Positions 27,764 to 41,595 of a stretch of 64,000 nucleotides of DNA are shown piece after piece. Numbering within the stretch: the stretch's first letter is position 1; each line of letters opens with the position of its first letter. The position numbers were made by a program, and so were the translations under genes. This stretch comes from Cenococcum geophilum (lineage: Eukaryota): contig CP158635.1 in NCBI GenBank assembly GCA_050273025.1, positions 21,638,001-21,702,000 of the forward strand. The letters run 5' to 3'. The notes beneath the pieces were generated by a model that was not told the origin of the DNA, ran no database searches, and saw only the letters and a program-made list of their open reading frames with translations.

Positions 27764-28011
27764 TGTTGGTATGACTTTTATAACGTATAGAATATATATA
27801 TTACAATGATATATACTATGCGGTGTTATAGATAGATAATTGTTTTTCTCTAAGATCTACGCGTCGCGAGAGGTAAGGCTCGTCGTGTGTTCTCCTTTGA
27901 CCTCTATTAACCAATTACAATTTTCTATACCTGGTATAGAAAATCGCTATTGGCTCGCTTACCACTAGCGCCTTAGCCGCCCTTATAATGTGTTTAACGC
28001 TTCTAGCTATA
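27764..28011 (-). repeat. Copia 3' LTR (248 bp)
   Basis: Direct repeat of 41377-41595, with an extra 29 bp and more C>T/G>A changes. Confidence 0.93.
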
Positions 28012-28254
28012 CTAGGAATACTTTAGAAAACGTGAAGATCCGGTATCCTATAACTGTGTAATTTAAAAATCTATATACGCACTTCTCCTTCCTTCCTTCC
28101 TTGCTATTATAGTATAGGCCGTAATTATATTAGGTAGTATTATAGGTACAGGCAGATTACTATAGGTTGCCGTAGATTGCTGTAGATTGCGGTTATGTAA
28201 TATAGAGATTATATATACCCTCTTTGCCATATTTACACGTTAATTAACTAGGTT

Positions 28255-28486
28255 ACTAATATAGTGCGTTCTACCTATTCCACTATCTTTAACTCGATTT
28301 GGTTTGTGTTAATAAGTCGTTTAAGGGCTAATAATGGTTTACTTTTAGTTATAGCGTCTATAGGGTTGCTGTCTCTGTTAATCTATTTAACTTTCGCTAT
28401 TTCGCGTCTTTTATATAACTAGCGTAGGCATATAATATTAATTATGAGTCTCTTCTCTTATATAGTTCCTAGTTTAATAAGGTATT
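28255..28486 (-). pseudogene. Copia RNase H C-terminus, separated from the rest of pol by the Gypsy insertion
   Basis: CL.KLGT.QEKRL.IDVMCLRQSY.RREIAEVKWI.GDSNP.DA.TKSKP..ALKRLI.TN.IELK..EWVER continues the frame that stops at 36306. Confidence 0.88.
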
Positions 28487-28888
28487 TATAACAGAATTCC
28501 CTAAAAGGTACATATTAGATAAGATAGAAGGAGGTCTTATCTATATTCTAGAAGGAGGTCTCATCTATATTCTAGAAGGAGGTCTCATCTATATTCTAGA
28601 AGGAGGTCTTATCTATATTCTATCTACGTCCTAAAAGATATAGTTAGATAAATAAGGGGTAAAGGGCTTTACTAGTGTTTTAGAAAGATTATATAGGGAG
28701 CTAGTTCTCCTTTAGAGAAGAACTAGCGATTAGTCTCTAAATAGAAGTGGTTAGAAGTATTTGTCCTTTAATATATAAAACTTATTCTGCCTTTAATTTA
28801 CCTTCTATTTACCTTTAACTTACCTTCTACTTACCGGTAACACTGTTAATTAAATAATTATACGTTCTAATTAGGCTAGCCTCTTATA
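28487..28888 (+). repeat. Gypsy 5' LTR (402 bp; four copies of a 24-bp internal repeat)
   Basis: Direct repeat of 35923-36300; AGAAGGAGGTCTYATCTATATTCT x4. Confidence 0.93.
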
Positions 28889-29099
28889 ATTCTAATTGCT
28901 TACAATCCGTTAGGAACGTACAGCTATTAATTAATAATAACGAACTATACTCCTATACCCTATAAAGCAACGCCCTTACCGTAAGAGGCTTAAAGAGTCT
29001 CCCTAGAGGAGTGCATTCCCTCTTCTTATAAAGAAGCCACGGCTGGTCTGTTTAACCTTATAAGACCCTTAGGAACGATTACCGCTAGGGAGTTATTAA

Positions 29100-32000
29100 A
29101 GTGGTCGCTATACGAAACCCTATAAAAAATAAAGGAGTTGGAGATACGATTGAGATAAGCATATTAAGACTACTAAGAATAATTGTAAGGATAATTAGGG
29201 AAAGTATAGACACCCTAGATATAAAGCGGACTTAAAGGGGTAACACTATACTATACTATAACGTTAGAAAAACCTAAATTCCGTATAAAGGAACCTAATA
29301 AGTACTATAGTAATAGTCTTTGGGACTATAATTGCTTTATCCAATAATGCAAAACTAAGTTTTAGCTGGATCCGAAACGTTACTCTAATAAGTATAATTA
29401 GACACTAATTGCTTCTACCTTCCTATATAGCACCGTTAAGAGTTTATAGACACGCTATAAGAAGAAACTTACTACACCCCTTAAATTTAGCGAACTTAGG
29501 ACCTAGTTAGTTAATTAGGTCTAAGACCCTACTAATTAAGGGATAAACTATAACCAGTAATACTACGACGCCAAACAGCGGGATAGTTAGACTATAGTCT
29601 AGTTTATAAACTACTTAGAAGAACTAGAAGATAATATACCCTACTTAGATCTATAGGATAACGCTATATAACTTTACTAGCTACTCACTAAGCTATAGCC
29701 TAAGATTTAACAGGCCATATAAGAGAAGGGCGAAATTCCTACCTTTTAAGAAAAGCTTATCTCTAAAGCTACTTAGATTAAGAGTGCTAAAAGAGACTAT
29801 TTAGGCAAGCGAAAGGAACGAGACGCTAATAATAAAGAGCGTAGGACTAGACCTAGCTTTAATAATAGGGGCAGATTCCAACCTAACCGCTCTGCGGAAG
29901 GATAACGTAAGTAGGCCTTATAGCCCTAGAGCAACGCTAGTTAACCCTAAAATAATAATAGGCAGAGACTTAATCTATAGGAGGGGAACTAGAAGATACG
30001 CACCTGTTATAACTACGGCAAGAAGGGCTATATAAGCCGCTTCTACCAATAAAAAAAGTAAGAGTTGGCCTAATTAGGAAAAGAGATAGCCTAGTAGATC
30101 TTTACTCCCTTACACTAGGCTAGTAAGAGAAGAAGGGAGTAAACTGCCGTATAGTTATTCCTATCTCTATTTAAGTTAATAATAAATAGGTAACGCAAGA
30201 CTACCTTATAGATAGTGGCGTAAGTATAGGGTTTATTTCTTAATTACTAGTAAAAGAATTAGATTTAGATCTTAGCGGCTTATAAGTGCGCACTATTTAA
30301 AGTATTAAAGGCCACCGGATTCTATGCTATAGGGAATAGGCTTTTCCCGTGGCTAGCTAGGACCGCGATAGTCTATAGAACACGCAGAAGATACGCTTTT
30401 ATGCCGCAGAAATTAAGGGGTATAACCTTGTTTTGGGATACCTATAGCTTCGTTAAGTTAATCCAGATATTAATTGGCCTTTAGCCTTGTATTAATATTA
30501 GAAGTCTTAACCGCGTATTATAGTTAAAGATTAGGAGACTTTCTTAAACTATATATAAGAAGAAAGGTAGGTATATACTATATATACCACTCTTAACACT
30601 AAGAACGGGGACATAAGATATTTATTTTTGGATATCCGGCTATACGTAGTTAAGGAACTAGAGATTCTACAGGAATATACGGACTTAGAGGATGTTTTTA
30701 GTAAAGAGGCTGCATAAACCTTACCTAACCCTATATTAGTTAAGTATAAGATAGATATAGGGGATAAATAACCTCCTTTTAGACTACTGTATAACCTATT
30801 AGAAAATAAGCTGGCGGTACTGCATTAATATATAGTGGATAATCTTTAAAGAGGATGGATTTGGCCCTCTATAAGCCCAGTAGGAGTACTAATTATATTT
30901 ATACCTAAGAAGAACGGGACCCTTTACCTCTATATTAACTATTAGGCGCTAAATAAGATTACTATAAAGAATCGCTACCTATTACTTTTAATAGGGGAGC
31001 TTATTAATAGGCTATTAGGCGCAAAGATATTTATAAAATTAGATCTAAAAGATATATACTATTAAATCCGGATTAAAGCTAGTAATAAGTGGAAAACGGC
31101 GTTCTAAATATAGTACGGCCACTTTAAGTACCTAGTAATACCATTCGGGCTTACTAATGCACCAGCGATATTTTAGGCCTATATTAATAAGGTATTATTA
31201 GGCCTATTAGACACAATATATATGGTCTACCTTAATAACATTATAGTCTACTCTAATAACTATAAAGCACATACGCACTATATATAAATGGTACTAGAAA
31301 GACTATAGGAATATAAGCTCTATATAAACCTAAAAAAGTGCACGTTCTATACTACTAGTATTAATTTTTTGGGCTTTATTATTAGCGTTAACAGAGTATT
31401 AATAGAGAAAAGTCGGGTGGATACTATTAGGGAATAGCCCTACCCTATAATATTTAGAGAAGTATAGGTTTTCTTAGGCACAGCGAACTTCTACCAAACG
31501 TTTATTGTTTATTACTTATAAGTAATACTCCTAATTACCAATCTACTAAAAGGATCTAAGAATAGTAGGAAGTTAGAACCCTTTATATTTAAAGAAGCTA
31601 CTAAGCAGGCTATAAACTAGTTAAAGAATTTATTTACGTCGGCGCCTATCCTAATATACTTCTACTAGGAGCTATATATATACCTTAAAACGGATATATC
31701 TGGCTTTACCCTAGGGGCAATTATATTTTAATTAAAAGACGGAAAATAGCATCCTATAACGTTTTAGTTAAGGAAAATAACCCCTATAGAGTAGTGTTAT
31801 ATAACGTACAACTAGGAGCTGCTTACGATAATCGCAGTAATAAAGCACTGGCGATATTATTGTATAGGAAGCAATTATCCTATTAAAGTCCTTACAGACT
31901 ATAATAACCTAGAATACTTTATAATTATAAAGGTGTTAAGCAGTCAACAAGCTAAGTAGGTAAAGGCACTATTATAGTATAATTTTAAGATTATATACCG

Positions 32001-34020
32001 CCTAGGAAAGATAAATCCTACTAATAGGTTATTAAGACGTCTAGATTATAAGACAGGAAGGATCCAGGACAGTATAGGGGAAATAATCCCCACATTATAA
32101 AATTTGCTTAGGAAGAAAGAAGACTCTTTCCCTAAAACTATAGAATTTTGTAGTAGGGCAGAGGTTCCAGTAATATAGCTGCGAAGTAATATAATTATAG
32201 AGCCGTAGGATATAGTTATAGACTAGGTTATAGACTAAGTAGATATTATAAAGTTAGCGTACCCTAGAATTAGCGAGAATTCTATAGGATGTGCTGGAGG
32301 TGTCGCGGCACCTTTAACTTAACGGCGTATTAGCTGCAAGTTTTTAGATCTAAGGAGAATAGGCAAGATGCCTATCCGTAGCGTGGTACACTATATAACG
32401 GTAGAAGAATCTACTAGCACTAATGGTTTAAAACGTCTCGTGCTACGCCTTAAGTCTATAATAGCGGTAGGTAAAATAGAAGTAAGCGATCTATATAAAA
32501 CCTTTCTAGATCTTCTTCTTTAAGCTTAATAAAGGGACGCCTTCGCCTCTAGGGAGAGGTAGAAAGATATAGTGGAGACCAACTTAGCCGGAGTTACTAA
32601 GAAGCTATAGTAGCAAGACTAAAAGGGTCTATTGCGCTTTAAGGGTGCTATATATATCCTAAAGGACTAAGCAATTTAAGACGAAATTTTAAAGGTCTTT
32701 TACAACAACCCTTTTAGGGGTTACTATAGTGCTAACAGAACCCTTAAGGCCGTTTAAAGGAAATACTTTTAGGACGGAATATTTAAAGAGGTTAAGGACT
32801 ATATATTAAGGTATAATACGTGCTAAAGGATATAGATATCTAGGTATCGCCTATATAGCGAGTTATTAGTGCTTCCTATTTTATAGGGACCTATATTAGA
32901 ATTAATAATAGATTTTATTATAGGCTTACCCCCTACTAAGATAAGAACTAAAGAGGTTGCTAACGCTATCCTAGTAATTATTAACAGGTATACAAAGTTT
33001 TTAGGATACTTTGCTGTTATAATAACGATCACAGTAGTAGAACTAGTAGACCTGTTTTTAAAATAGTAGCTTTTATTTAGCATGTTAAGGGGAATTATAT
33101 CTAATAGAGGCACCATATTTAATAGTGCATTTTAGTCTTTATTCTATCTCTTATTAAAAATATAGTAAAGAATAAGCACTACCTTTTACCTATAAACAGA
33201 CGGGCAAACAGAGCATCTAAATGTATTATTGGAACACTACCTCCGCTACTATATCAATTATTAATAGGATAATTAGATATTATAGTTAGCTTTAGCGCAG
33301 CATATATATAATACAAGTATCTATAGTAGTATAAAAATGACCCCTTATAAAGTATTGTTTAGGGTAAAAGCAAATAACCCCTAGAACGTTAAGGATATTA
33401 TTCCCAAAAGAGAGGCACTAGTGGCGTCCGAAAGAATTAAGCAAATAAGAATTCGTAGAGAGGAACTTAAAAAGCACTTACTAGACGCCTAGGCTATATA
33501 AAAAAGGTACTATAATAAAAAATATATACTAAAAGAATTTAAGATAGAAGACGAAGTCTTACTATTTATAAAAAATATCTAAATAAAACGCATTAAGAAG
33601 AAGCTAGATTACCGGTAGCTCGGACCCTTTAAGATAATTAAGAAAACTAAAGGAAACTAAGCCTATAAATTAAAATTACCGAAATCTTATTTAATATATC
33701 CTATATTTTATATTTCCTTACTAGAGCTATATTAGAGAAGAGATAGTATAGAACCGCCCCTATTTAGCGAAATTAATGGGGAACTAGAATAGAATATAGA
33801 AGATATTTTAGACCAAAGATGGCGCTAGAAGAAGCGCGAATTTTTAGTTTATTAGGAAGGATACTCTTAGGCGTATAATAGTTAGGAACCTAAAGAGTAC
33901 CTTTAGTTGGGATATAATACCGCAATTAAAACCTTCCTAAGAACTAAAGGTAAAGACTTAAAAATGGTTCCGGATATACTATAGGTAAAGCAATAGGGAA
34001 GACCTTATAAATTAAAACTA
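29100..34020 (+). pseudogene. Gypsy gag-pol with chromodomain
   Basis: Zn knuckle CYN(C)GKKGH.SRF(C) at ~30005, protease L.DSG at ~30205, RT ALNKIT.KNRY.L.LI, KWKTAF, MPFGLTNAPA and VYL(DD)I, RNase H, integrase HP.TDGQTE, and a chromodomain W..EDILD.RWR.KKREFLV.WEGY...H.SWEP at ~33790-33900. Ends are approximate. Confidence 0.92.
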
Positions 34021-34519
34021 TAGGATTAAGCATAGGTATTAAGAACGGAAATGTTTCGCTATTATAATAAGAATCCTAAAATCCTATAAGAGGAAGCCTA
34101 TAGGGATCTATAGGAGAACTACTAGGGATACTATTTAAAGAAGACGCTGTACGAGAAGAAGTAGTAGTACTATAAGAAGTGGCCTTAGGGATTTAGAAAG
34201 ATCCCCTAGGGATAAAAGGAGAGTATTTAGCCTAGCACCGGAGATATATAGTAGAGTTAATAGTATAAAGAGGAGCAAAAGGACAGCCTATAAAGAATTA
34301 GAAATTTTAAGGAATTATAAGGCACCTATAGGAATATTACCCGTTTATTATATATAGGGATTATAATAGTGCACTATATTTATATGGATTATTACTAAAG
34401 CTTAAAATAAAGGCATCCCTAAAGTATAAAGTTAATTCCCAATAATAGGGCATTCTAGAGGCACCTAAGAGGCACTATATAAAGCTATTCTATAAGAAGA
34501 AGGAAAGAGCTAGGTAATA

Positions 34520-35327
34520 ACTTAAACACTAGCAGCAGTAACAGGAGCCTCCTCTTCTATCTTAACGTCATTATTAATAGTATTATTAGCTCCTCTATTC
34601 CTAAAAGCATTAGCACTTCCACTAATATTCTTCTTAGAATAATAGGTACTGGAAGAACTAGCACGGGTAGGAGACTAGCGAGGAGAACGTTTATCTTAAC
34701 CTTTATTACTATCCTTAGTATCCCTAGGTTTTAAATCGGCGTCTAAGTAGGGATTAGAGAGATATTAGCTAAAGGAGTTAGTATAGTTCCTAAGTAAGTT
34801 ACTAGAGAAACTTACCTAGCTAAAGTAGCCCGCGTAAAAGTACAAATATTATTATTAATAAGGACGAGCTGTTTGTATATACGCTCCTAGACATTATATA
34901 TCTAAAAACGTTACGTTTCTATAGTAGTGGAAACCCTTATAAAATTAAAGAGTTTACGAGCAAGGGAAGATACCTTCTATCCCCGCCTATTACTATTAGG
35001 ATATTAGTAGAAATCTTAGATGGCGTATTAGAGCCTATAAGTCTTATATATATAAATAGTAGGGATCTAGTATAATTAGCGAAATCTAAAATAGGATAAA
35101 ATGGGAAATACCAGGACGCAGGTCTTTCTCCTACTGCAATAATAGGAGCACTTAGATTTATTTTTGTTAAAGTAAGGCATCTTATAGACGTGGGAAGGGT
35201 CCTACGTAAGAGCATAAACGTAGCAATAATAGTATTTTAGGGAAACTGCTGTAGGAGTAACAGACGCTGTCTAGGGCGTTACTAGGAGATTAATAATACT
35301 ACCGCCGGTTTAGGGACCACAAGCCAT
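34520..35327 (-). pseudogene. Putative spliced antisense accessory gene inside the Gypsy element, Cys/His-rich N-terminal domain
   Basis: ATG at 35327. Peptide KYYYCYVYALT*DPSHVYKMPYFNKNKSKCSYYCSRRKTCVL/IP, where several TAT codons are compatible with RIP of TGT. Candidate introns at 35067-35111 (GTATTT..GCTAAT..TAG) and 34769-34815 (GTAAGT..ACTAAC..TAG). Confidence 0.55.
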
Positions 35328-35922
35328 TATAAGAAAATACTCTAAGAAGTTAGCATTATTATAAGAAGATAAGGTAAAGATCCTATTACTTATAGATATA
35401 TTATAAGAAGAGAATAAAGTAGCTATAAAAGAATAGCTAAAGATACGGAAGCTAAAAGTAAAGATATAGAGGAAATAGTCTGCTGAAAGATAAGACGAAT
35501 AGTGTTATTAATAAAAAGACGTGTAAGAGGCGACAGCTTATAAACTGGAGGAAAATTAAAATAAAGACATCATTATTAGAATCTATTTTAGGTAAATAAG
35601 GATAGTGGCTTATGGACGCGTTATACAGGACAACCTCTAGATTAACTTATAACAAACTCTTATAATAAAAAAGGTAAATCCTATCCAATTTTTATTATTA
35701 TTATTTTAGTTCTATTATAAAGGCATTATAAGGAACTATAGTGGGAAAAGAGTAGAGGAACTAAGGATAAAGTAAGGTTCTATACTAGTAAAGAACTAGC
35801 TATAAGCCGCATTATAGAGTACCTTTCTACTAAGAATTTCCCTAGTGGTTTTAGCCGAAACTTTATAAAAGCTTAGTAGAGGCGAAGTCTTAGAGGACTA
35901 AAACCCTTAAAGGGGAGGTAAT

Positions 35923-36300
35923 TATAACGGAATTCCCTAAAAGGTACATATTAGATAAGACAGAAGAAGGTCTTATCTATATTCCAGAAGGAGGTCTTAT
36001 CTATATTCCAGAAGGAGGTCTTATCTATGTTCTATTTACGTCCCAGAAGACACGGTTAGATAGATAAGGGGTAAAGGGCTTTATTAGCGTCTTAGAAAGA
36101 TTATATAGGGAGCTGGTTCTCCTCTAGAGAAGAACTAGCAATTAGTCTCTAAATAGAAGTAGTTAGAAGCATTTATCCTTTAATACGTGAAACTTATTCT
36201 ACCTTTAACTTACCTTCTATTTACCTTTAACTTACCTTTTACTTACCAGTAACACTGTTAATTAGATAATCATACGTTCTAGTCAAACTGGCCTCTTACA
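35923..36300 (+). repeat. Gypsy 3' LTR (378 bp; three copies of the 24-bp repeat)
   Basis: Ends ...CTCTTACA, followed by TSD GTATT. Confidence 0.93.
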
Positions 36301-36305
36301 GTATT

Positions 36306-39300
36306 TATAAATTAACTTAGAATTAGTGTAAAGAATAAGCGGGAGGCTAATATTGAGTTGCAATTTAATTGTGGCTTTAATTATAGCGCCAATATTAAAA
36401 CTATAGGCTATAGTATATAATTTGGAGGCTAGTATACTTTTGATAATTCTCTTACACTTAACTAAGGACCAGTGGATAATATTCGCCTTATTTAATAAGT
36501 TTGCTAGTACTAGGATATATCCAATCTATAATAAGAGGTCTTTATTATTTGTAAATAAGGAATTAGTAAATATAAGTAGTTAAAGTGTCTTTATATTAAG
36601 CTTAACAAAGCTTAAGCCTCTTATTAAGTTCTTAATTTGCTACTAAATTCTCTTATTAAGTAGTTTTGCGTCTTTCTTATTAGGGTTAATTACCTAGGTA
36701 GCGTAGAATAAATTAAAAGAAGCTTTAGGCTAGTATACGGACGCAATATAAGCTCCTCTTGCTCGTTAGGCGATATATTAGTCCTTAGGTGTAAGTGCTA
36801 TATAAATAGTGCCTCTAGAACTAGTTGTTATAGTAGCTTCCTTAATATTAATAAGGGTTAAGTTCTAGTATTGGCGCTCTTATATAAGCGTAATTACGTA
36901 ATTCTATTATTAGATAATGCCTCCGTTAAACTTAATTGGGTATTCCAGTGTAAGTTACTTATATTCTTTAGTTAGGAACTTAGCTTTCTTAATCTTCTCC
37001 TGTTCCAAAGCTGTAAAAACTAAGTTAGCTAGTAGGAGGGTATTATTAGTCTATAAACCAACTATTCCGAAACTTATAGGGTTATTAAGGTAAAGTAGGT
37101 AGGGGTTATAAGTAAATTGGCTTATATTTAGTTCTTTAATGTGGTGGTTATAGTAAGTCTTAAACTAATAATTGCCTACCTTAGGAATGCTGTATAAAGG
37201 TCTAACGACCTTTAGAATTGTGCCTTGTAAGACTCTAAGTACTATACTAAGTTTAAGAGGTGCTTTAATATAAAAGTCTCGGTTTGGTTTTATAGTTGAT
37301 TATATATAGGCCTATAAAATATCTCGTAAGTAGAGATGTATACTATTGTTCTAAGTTATGGCTGTAATATAAAGAATAAGGCGTTGGCTGACTTATTAAA
37401 TCGTAAGTAATTAGGTTAGTATAAGGTCTTTCTCTAGGTTATTATAGGCTTATATAACTAGTCTTGACTTCTTAAAGGCTTTATTAGTGCTAGGGTTCTT
37501 AATCTCGTTAATAAATCTAAAGTTAAATACTCTATTACCTTATAGTATATCCTTAGGGTTAACTAGTTTAAAAACTCCTTTCTTAAGTAATCCCTTAATC
37601 TCCTTTTGGCGTAATGCTATAAACTAATTAGGATTTATAAGTTAATTATTATCCTCATCCTATAGATAAATTGAGATATTTACAGTATTTGCTTTAATAG
37701 GGTACTTGCGTGGTTTACCTCTTCTATATTTAACGGGTTAAGGTCTAGGCTCGGTTTAAGGTAAAGATAGTTTAATATTGTTATCTTTTAGTTGCGTATC
37801 TTTTATGATTTCGGGGTCTACTATATATGGTTTTACAACTATGCTACGGAAGTTAGTAGGTTTATGGGGAAGTTATATAGTATAGGTCTTATTTTTAATA
37901 CTAAGTAGGTTGTACGGACCAGACTAGTAGCTAGGTTGGCCTATAGGTCCTTCTCTCTATACTAATATAGGTAAGTTAAGTAGTAGGTTATAAATCGCGG
38001 TTATCTTAGGTCTGTTGCGTATGTTAAAGGCATCTGCTACTTAGCGCTTAGCTTTAAGCTTCTTAACTTCTTCTATAGCCTTTTTAAGAGCTACTACTCG
38101 TTTTATAACCGTAGGATTAGGTGTGTCGGATTCTACTATATATGGGTAAGCTTTAAATACTAATAAGGTAGGTATAAGACTATTAGGGCCTATAGAGTTG
38201 TTAATTACTTTAAAAGCTATTTGCAAAGCTATATCTTTATTAATGTCCGGTAGTTTTATAATAATAATATAGTATATATAACGGAGGGGGCTATAGTAAC
38301 GTTCTACTATTCTAACTAAATTGTGGGCTTTAATAGGTACGCCTTTTATAACTGTTCCGAGTATTATAGCGTATTATTTAAATTCTTTACTTATAAAGTT
38401 CTTGCCTATATTATATATAATAATATTAGGGGGTCCTAGGTATGTATTAATCTAGTATATTTATAGTATATCCCATATATACTTGGCGCTAATGCTTTAT
38501 AGCTATCTGCCGGCTTAAAATCGTGTTCCTTTATTAATAATGTGTAGTAGAGGTGTGCTATTAATATACATAATATTAACCACGATTAAGTAGTTAAAAT
38601 TAATGTCATTATATAAGGTAAATCTGAATCTACTAGGCGACTTTCCATATTTTTGATAATGGTGGCAGTAGCGTATAAGATGGTCTAAAGTCTTGCTATT
38701 AATATCGTGCCCTAAGCGTTTAAGTATTCGTGCAAGACGCTTAACTAAAGGGTAGCCGAAGCAACAATATAGTCGTCTTAATTTAATGTTAGTTAAGTAG
38801 CAGGGGTTTTAGTTAAATAATATAGTTAAGTAATTGCATAGGGATGTGTTTTAAAGGAGGAATAGATGGCTAAAGCGACGTATAACTGGTACTTCGCTCT
38901 AAGGGGTAATTAGTATATTTTTTAGGTTGTTAAAGTATACTTATAGTTAGTTTATATCTGCCAGGCAAAGCAAAAATGGGGTGTTAACTTTAATAATGTA
39001 AAACTCGATTATGCCGATTAGGGTAGTTACTTTAGTTAATCTAATTAATAAGGTTAATCTAATGCCGAATTATATATTAACTATGCCTTATGTGGTAGTA
39101 TTAAGTTATATACCGGTATTAAGTCTTTAGAATGCTAGGAATTGGCCATATCCTACTATAGATCGTTTAGATGCTCCTATGTTAATTATTATGCCTATAA
39201 AGTAGTCTGTAGTATAACGGGACGTAGATATGGTTATATTATAGGTAAAGGGGTCCTAGTTGGTTATAAGGGGTATTATATTGTCTATAGTTGTGACCAA

Positions 39301-41024
39301 ATAGCTAAAGGCTTTATTAGCTAGGGTAGCAGCTATAGTAGTTGCTTTATACTATTCTACTTGGCCGAAAGAGGTATAGAAGTAGTTAATGTCTAGTTAA
39401 GAGTTCTTGTTGGTTGCCTTATAATTTATATTAATAGTTAGTGCTTAGAAAGCTTCCTGAAAAACTTAAAATTTAATATTATTATATTAATATTATTATA
39501 TTAATATAATTTAAGCTCTTCTTCTAAGTTAATATCGTTATCCTCGTAGTCTATAATATATTAATTAAGTCGTTTATTAAATCGGTTGTTAAATTTACTA
39601 AACTTATCTCTATTAGCGGTTCTAAACTTAGCTTTAGACTCTTCTTATTCTTCTTAGGTATAGTTCTATAATTAGCAGCCTTCCTTATTATATATAAAGC
39701 AATATGGTTTATAACGTGGAGAGAAATAAGGGTGGGTGTAGTTGCGGTTGTGGTTTTGGTCGTAAGTTCGGTTTTAATATTAGTTGTAGTTTTAATACCA
39801 ATTATAGTTATTCTCCCGTCTAAAGTACTGACGATCTATATAGTAAGCTTAAGTTTAAGCTTGCTCTGGGTTCTGTTTTTTATAAGCCGTAATTAAGGAC
39901 TATAGTTTATTAATAAGGGGGCCTAGTTCTTAAGGTGGGTCTAATACAGCGAATTGGTATATGTAAATTCCCTAGCAAGATATAATAAGTTTGTTAGTTA
40001 GGAATAGTGTTATTTATAGTTCTAGGGTAAGGCCATGCTGTAGTTAGGAGAGTGTATTAATTAATATTTAGAGGTAATTACTGGTTAATTTGTCTGTGTT
40101 CTTGTCTATTATCGTCCTTAATAAGATTGTATTCTATTTACTAAGGTTCTTGCGTTCTAAGCTAGGGCCTTTAAAGAAATTGCGAAGGTGCCTATAAGCG
40201 TCTTTAAATGAGAGATTACTAAGTCCGCTGTTAAAGTACTAGTTTAAGGCTAGACCTATTAATATAATTAGTAGAGCTTTATTATAAGCCTCTTATAAAA
40301 CATTAGATCGGCTATAGATGCTATAGAAGATAGTAAGTTTATAATTAAAGCTGCTATTTATGCCATTATATTTAAGTTCCTTTGTATATATTTTTACTGC
40401 ATTAGAAATCTCTTTGCCCTATCCTAGTATAGTTAGCATCTATAGGAGGGGAACGGTTTAGGGTCGTGAGGTTACGTACGGTAAAGGTCCTATTAGTGTT
40501 CCTTTAAATAGTAGTGGGGTTATAGTCTGGACACTTAATGGTTGTTATAGTTAAAATAGGGTTATACAAACTGTTAGGTCTTGTAATACTTTATAGTTAA
40601 AACCGCGCTTAAGTATATTATTTATTTTATTTAACTAAAACCCGTTTCTATTTAGCTTATTATATACCTTATCTAAGTTCTCTTAAGTCTAGGAATATTA
40701 ACGTTCTTCCTAGGTTAATTTAAATAAGAGTTGCGTATATATTATGCGTTTCTCCTTTATGCGTATATATACTCCTCTATATTATAGGAAGGTATATATG
40801 CTTTAAAGGTACTATATATTTACTTTTGAAAATATATTAACACTAAATATTTTAAAATTATCTTAGAAGGAGGACTAAAGTCTATTATCTATTAACTTGT
40901 ACTTATTATATTCCTATAACTTAAACAGTGTGAAGTCTATAAGGTCTTTACTAGTTACCATTTGTATATTAATCCCGTTCCTCTATTATTCTATTTTTAC
41001 CTTCTAATCTATAGGTGTAGCCAT
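36306..41024 (-). pseudogene. Copia gag-pol (gag, protease, integrase, RT, start of RNase H)
   Basis: ATG at 41024. Integrase LQ.AFK.IN.S.GP..L.PTLLVF.AYP (ORF 38041-38226). RT motifs SRFVDEIKNPGTDKAF.KSRLV.QAYND and PLY..PE.GN.WFKTY. Confidence 0.88.
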
Positions 41025-41376
41025 TTTAAAAGAAATAAGGAAGATGCGTAAAATAGTTTAGGGGATAGTTTAAGTGGTCGTTCAAGGGACAGTTTAAGTG
41101 GTAGTTAGGGTGGTCGCGTTCTTGGTATGGTCGCGTTCTTAACGTAGTTACGTTAACTACTAGTATAGTGGTCTGTCTCTAGTTAAGGTGGAGTATTAGA
41201 CGTCTTCTAAATCTAGGGTAGATTTAAGGTATTTCCGGGTAAGGTGGAGCGTTAGACGTCTTCCAAATCTAAAGTACTTTAATTCTCTTTAACTAAAATA
41301 GGGCCTTTATAAGGTGGAGCGTAAACGTCTTCTAAGCAAGTGCGTATCTCCTGATCTGTGCGCGCTCACTAATTAG

Positions 41377-41595
41377 TGTTGGTATGACTTTTACAACGTG
41401 CAGAATACATATATCACAATGATATGTACTATGCGGTGTTGTAGATAGATGATTGTTTTTCTCTAAAATCTACGCGTCGTGAGAGGTAAGGCTCGTCGCG
41501 TGTTCTCCTTTGACCTCTGTTAACCAATCGCCATTGGCTCGCTTACCACTAGCGCCTTGGCCGCCCTTACGATGTGTTTAACGCTTCTAGCTACA
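41377..41595 (-). repeat. Copia 5' LTR (219 bp)
   Basis: TG...CA termini intact; followed by TSD ATAAT. Confidence 0.93.

Larger units (their letters stand above)
28487..36300 (+). mobile_element. Ty3/Gypsy chromovirus LTR retrotransposon, full length, RIP-degenerated, TSD GTATT
   Basis: LTRs at 28487-28888 and 35923-36300, GTATT at 28482-28486 and 36301-36305, and a polypurine tract AAAGGGGAGG at 35909-35918. Confidence 0.95.
27764..41595 (-). mobile_element. Ty1/Copia-type LTR retrotransposon, full length, RIP-degenerated, TSD ATAAT
   Basis: LTRs at 27764-28011 and 41377-41595 (TGTTGG...CTACA), with ATAAT at 27759-27763 and 41596-41600. Integrase precedes RT and RNase H on the minus strand. 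Confidence 0.93.

Noticed and set aside
28889..28920. tRNA primer-binding sites next to the 5' LTRs
   Set aside because: No TGG-starting tRNA-complementary tract is recognisable after RIP, so none is called.
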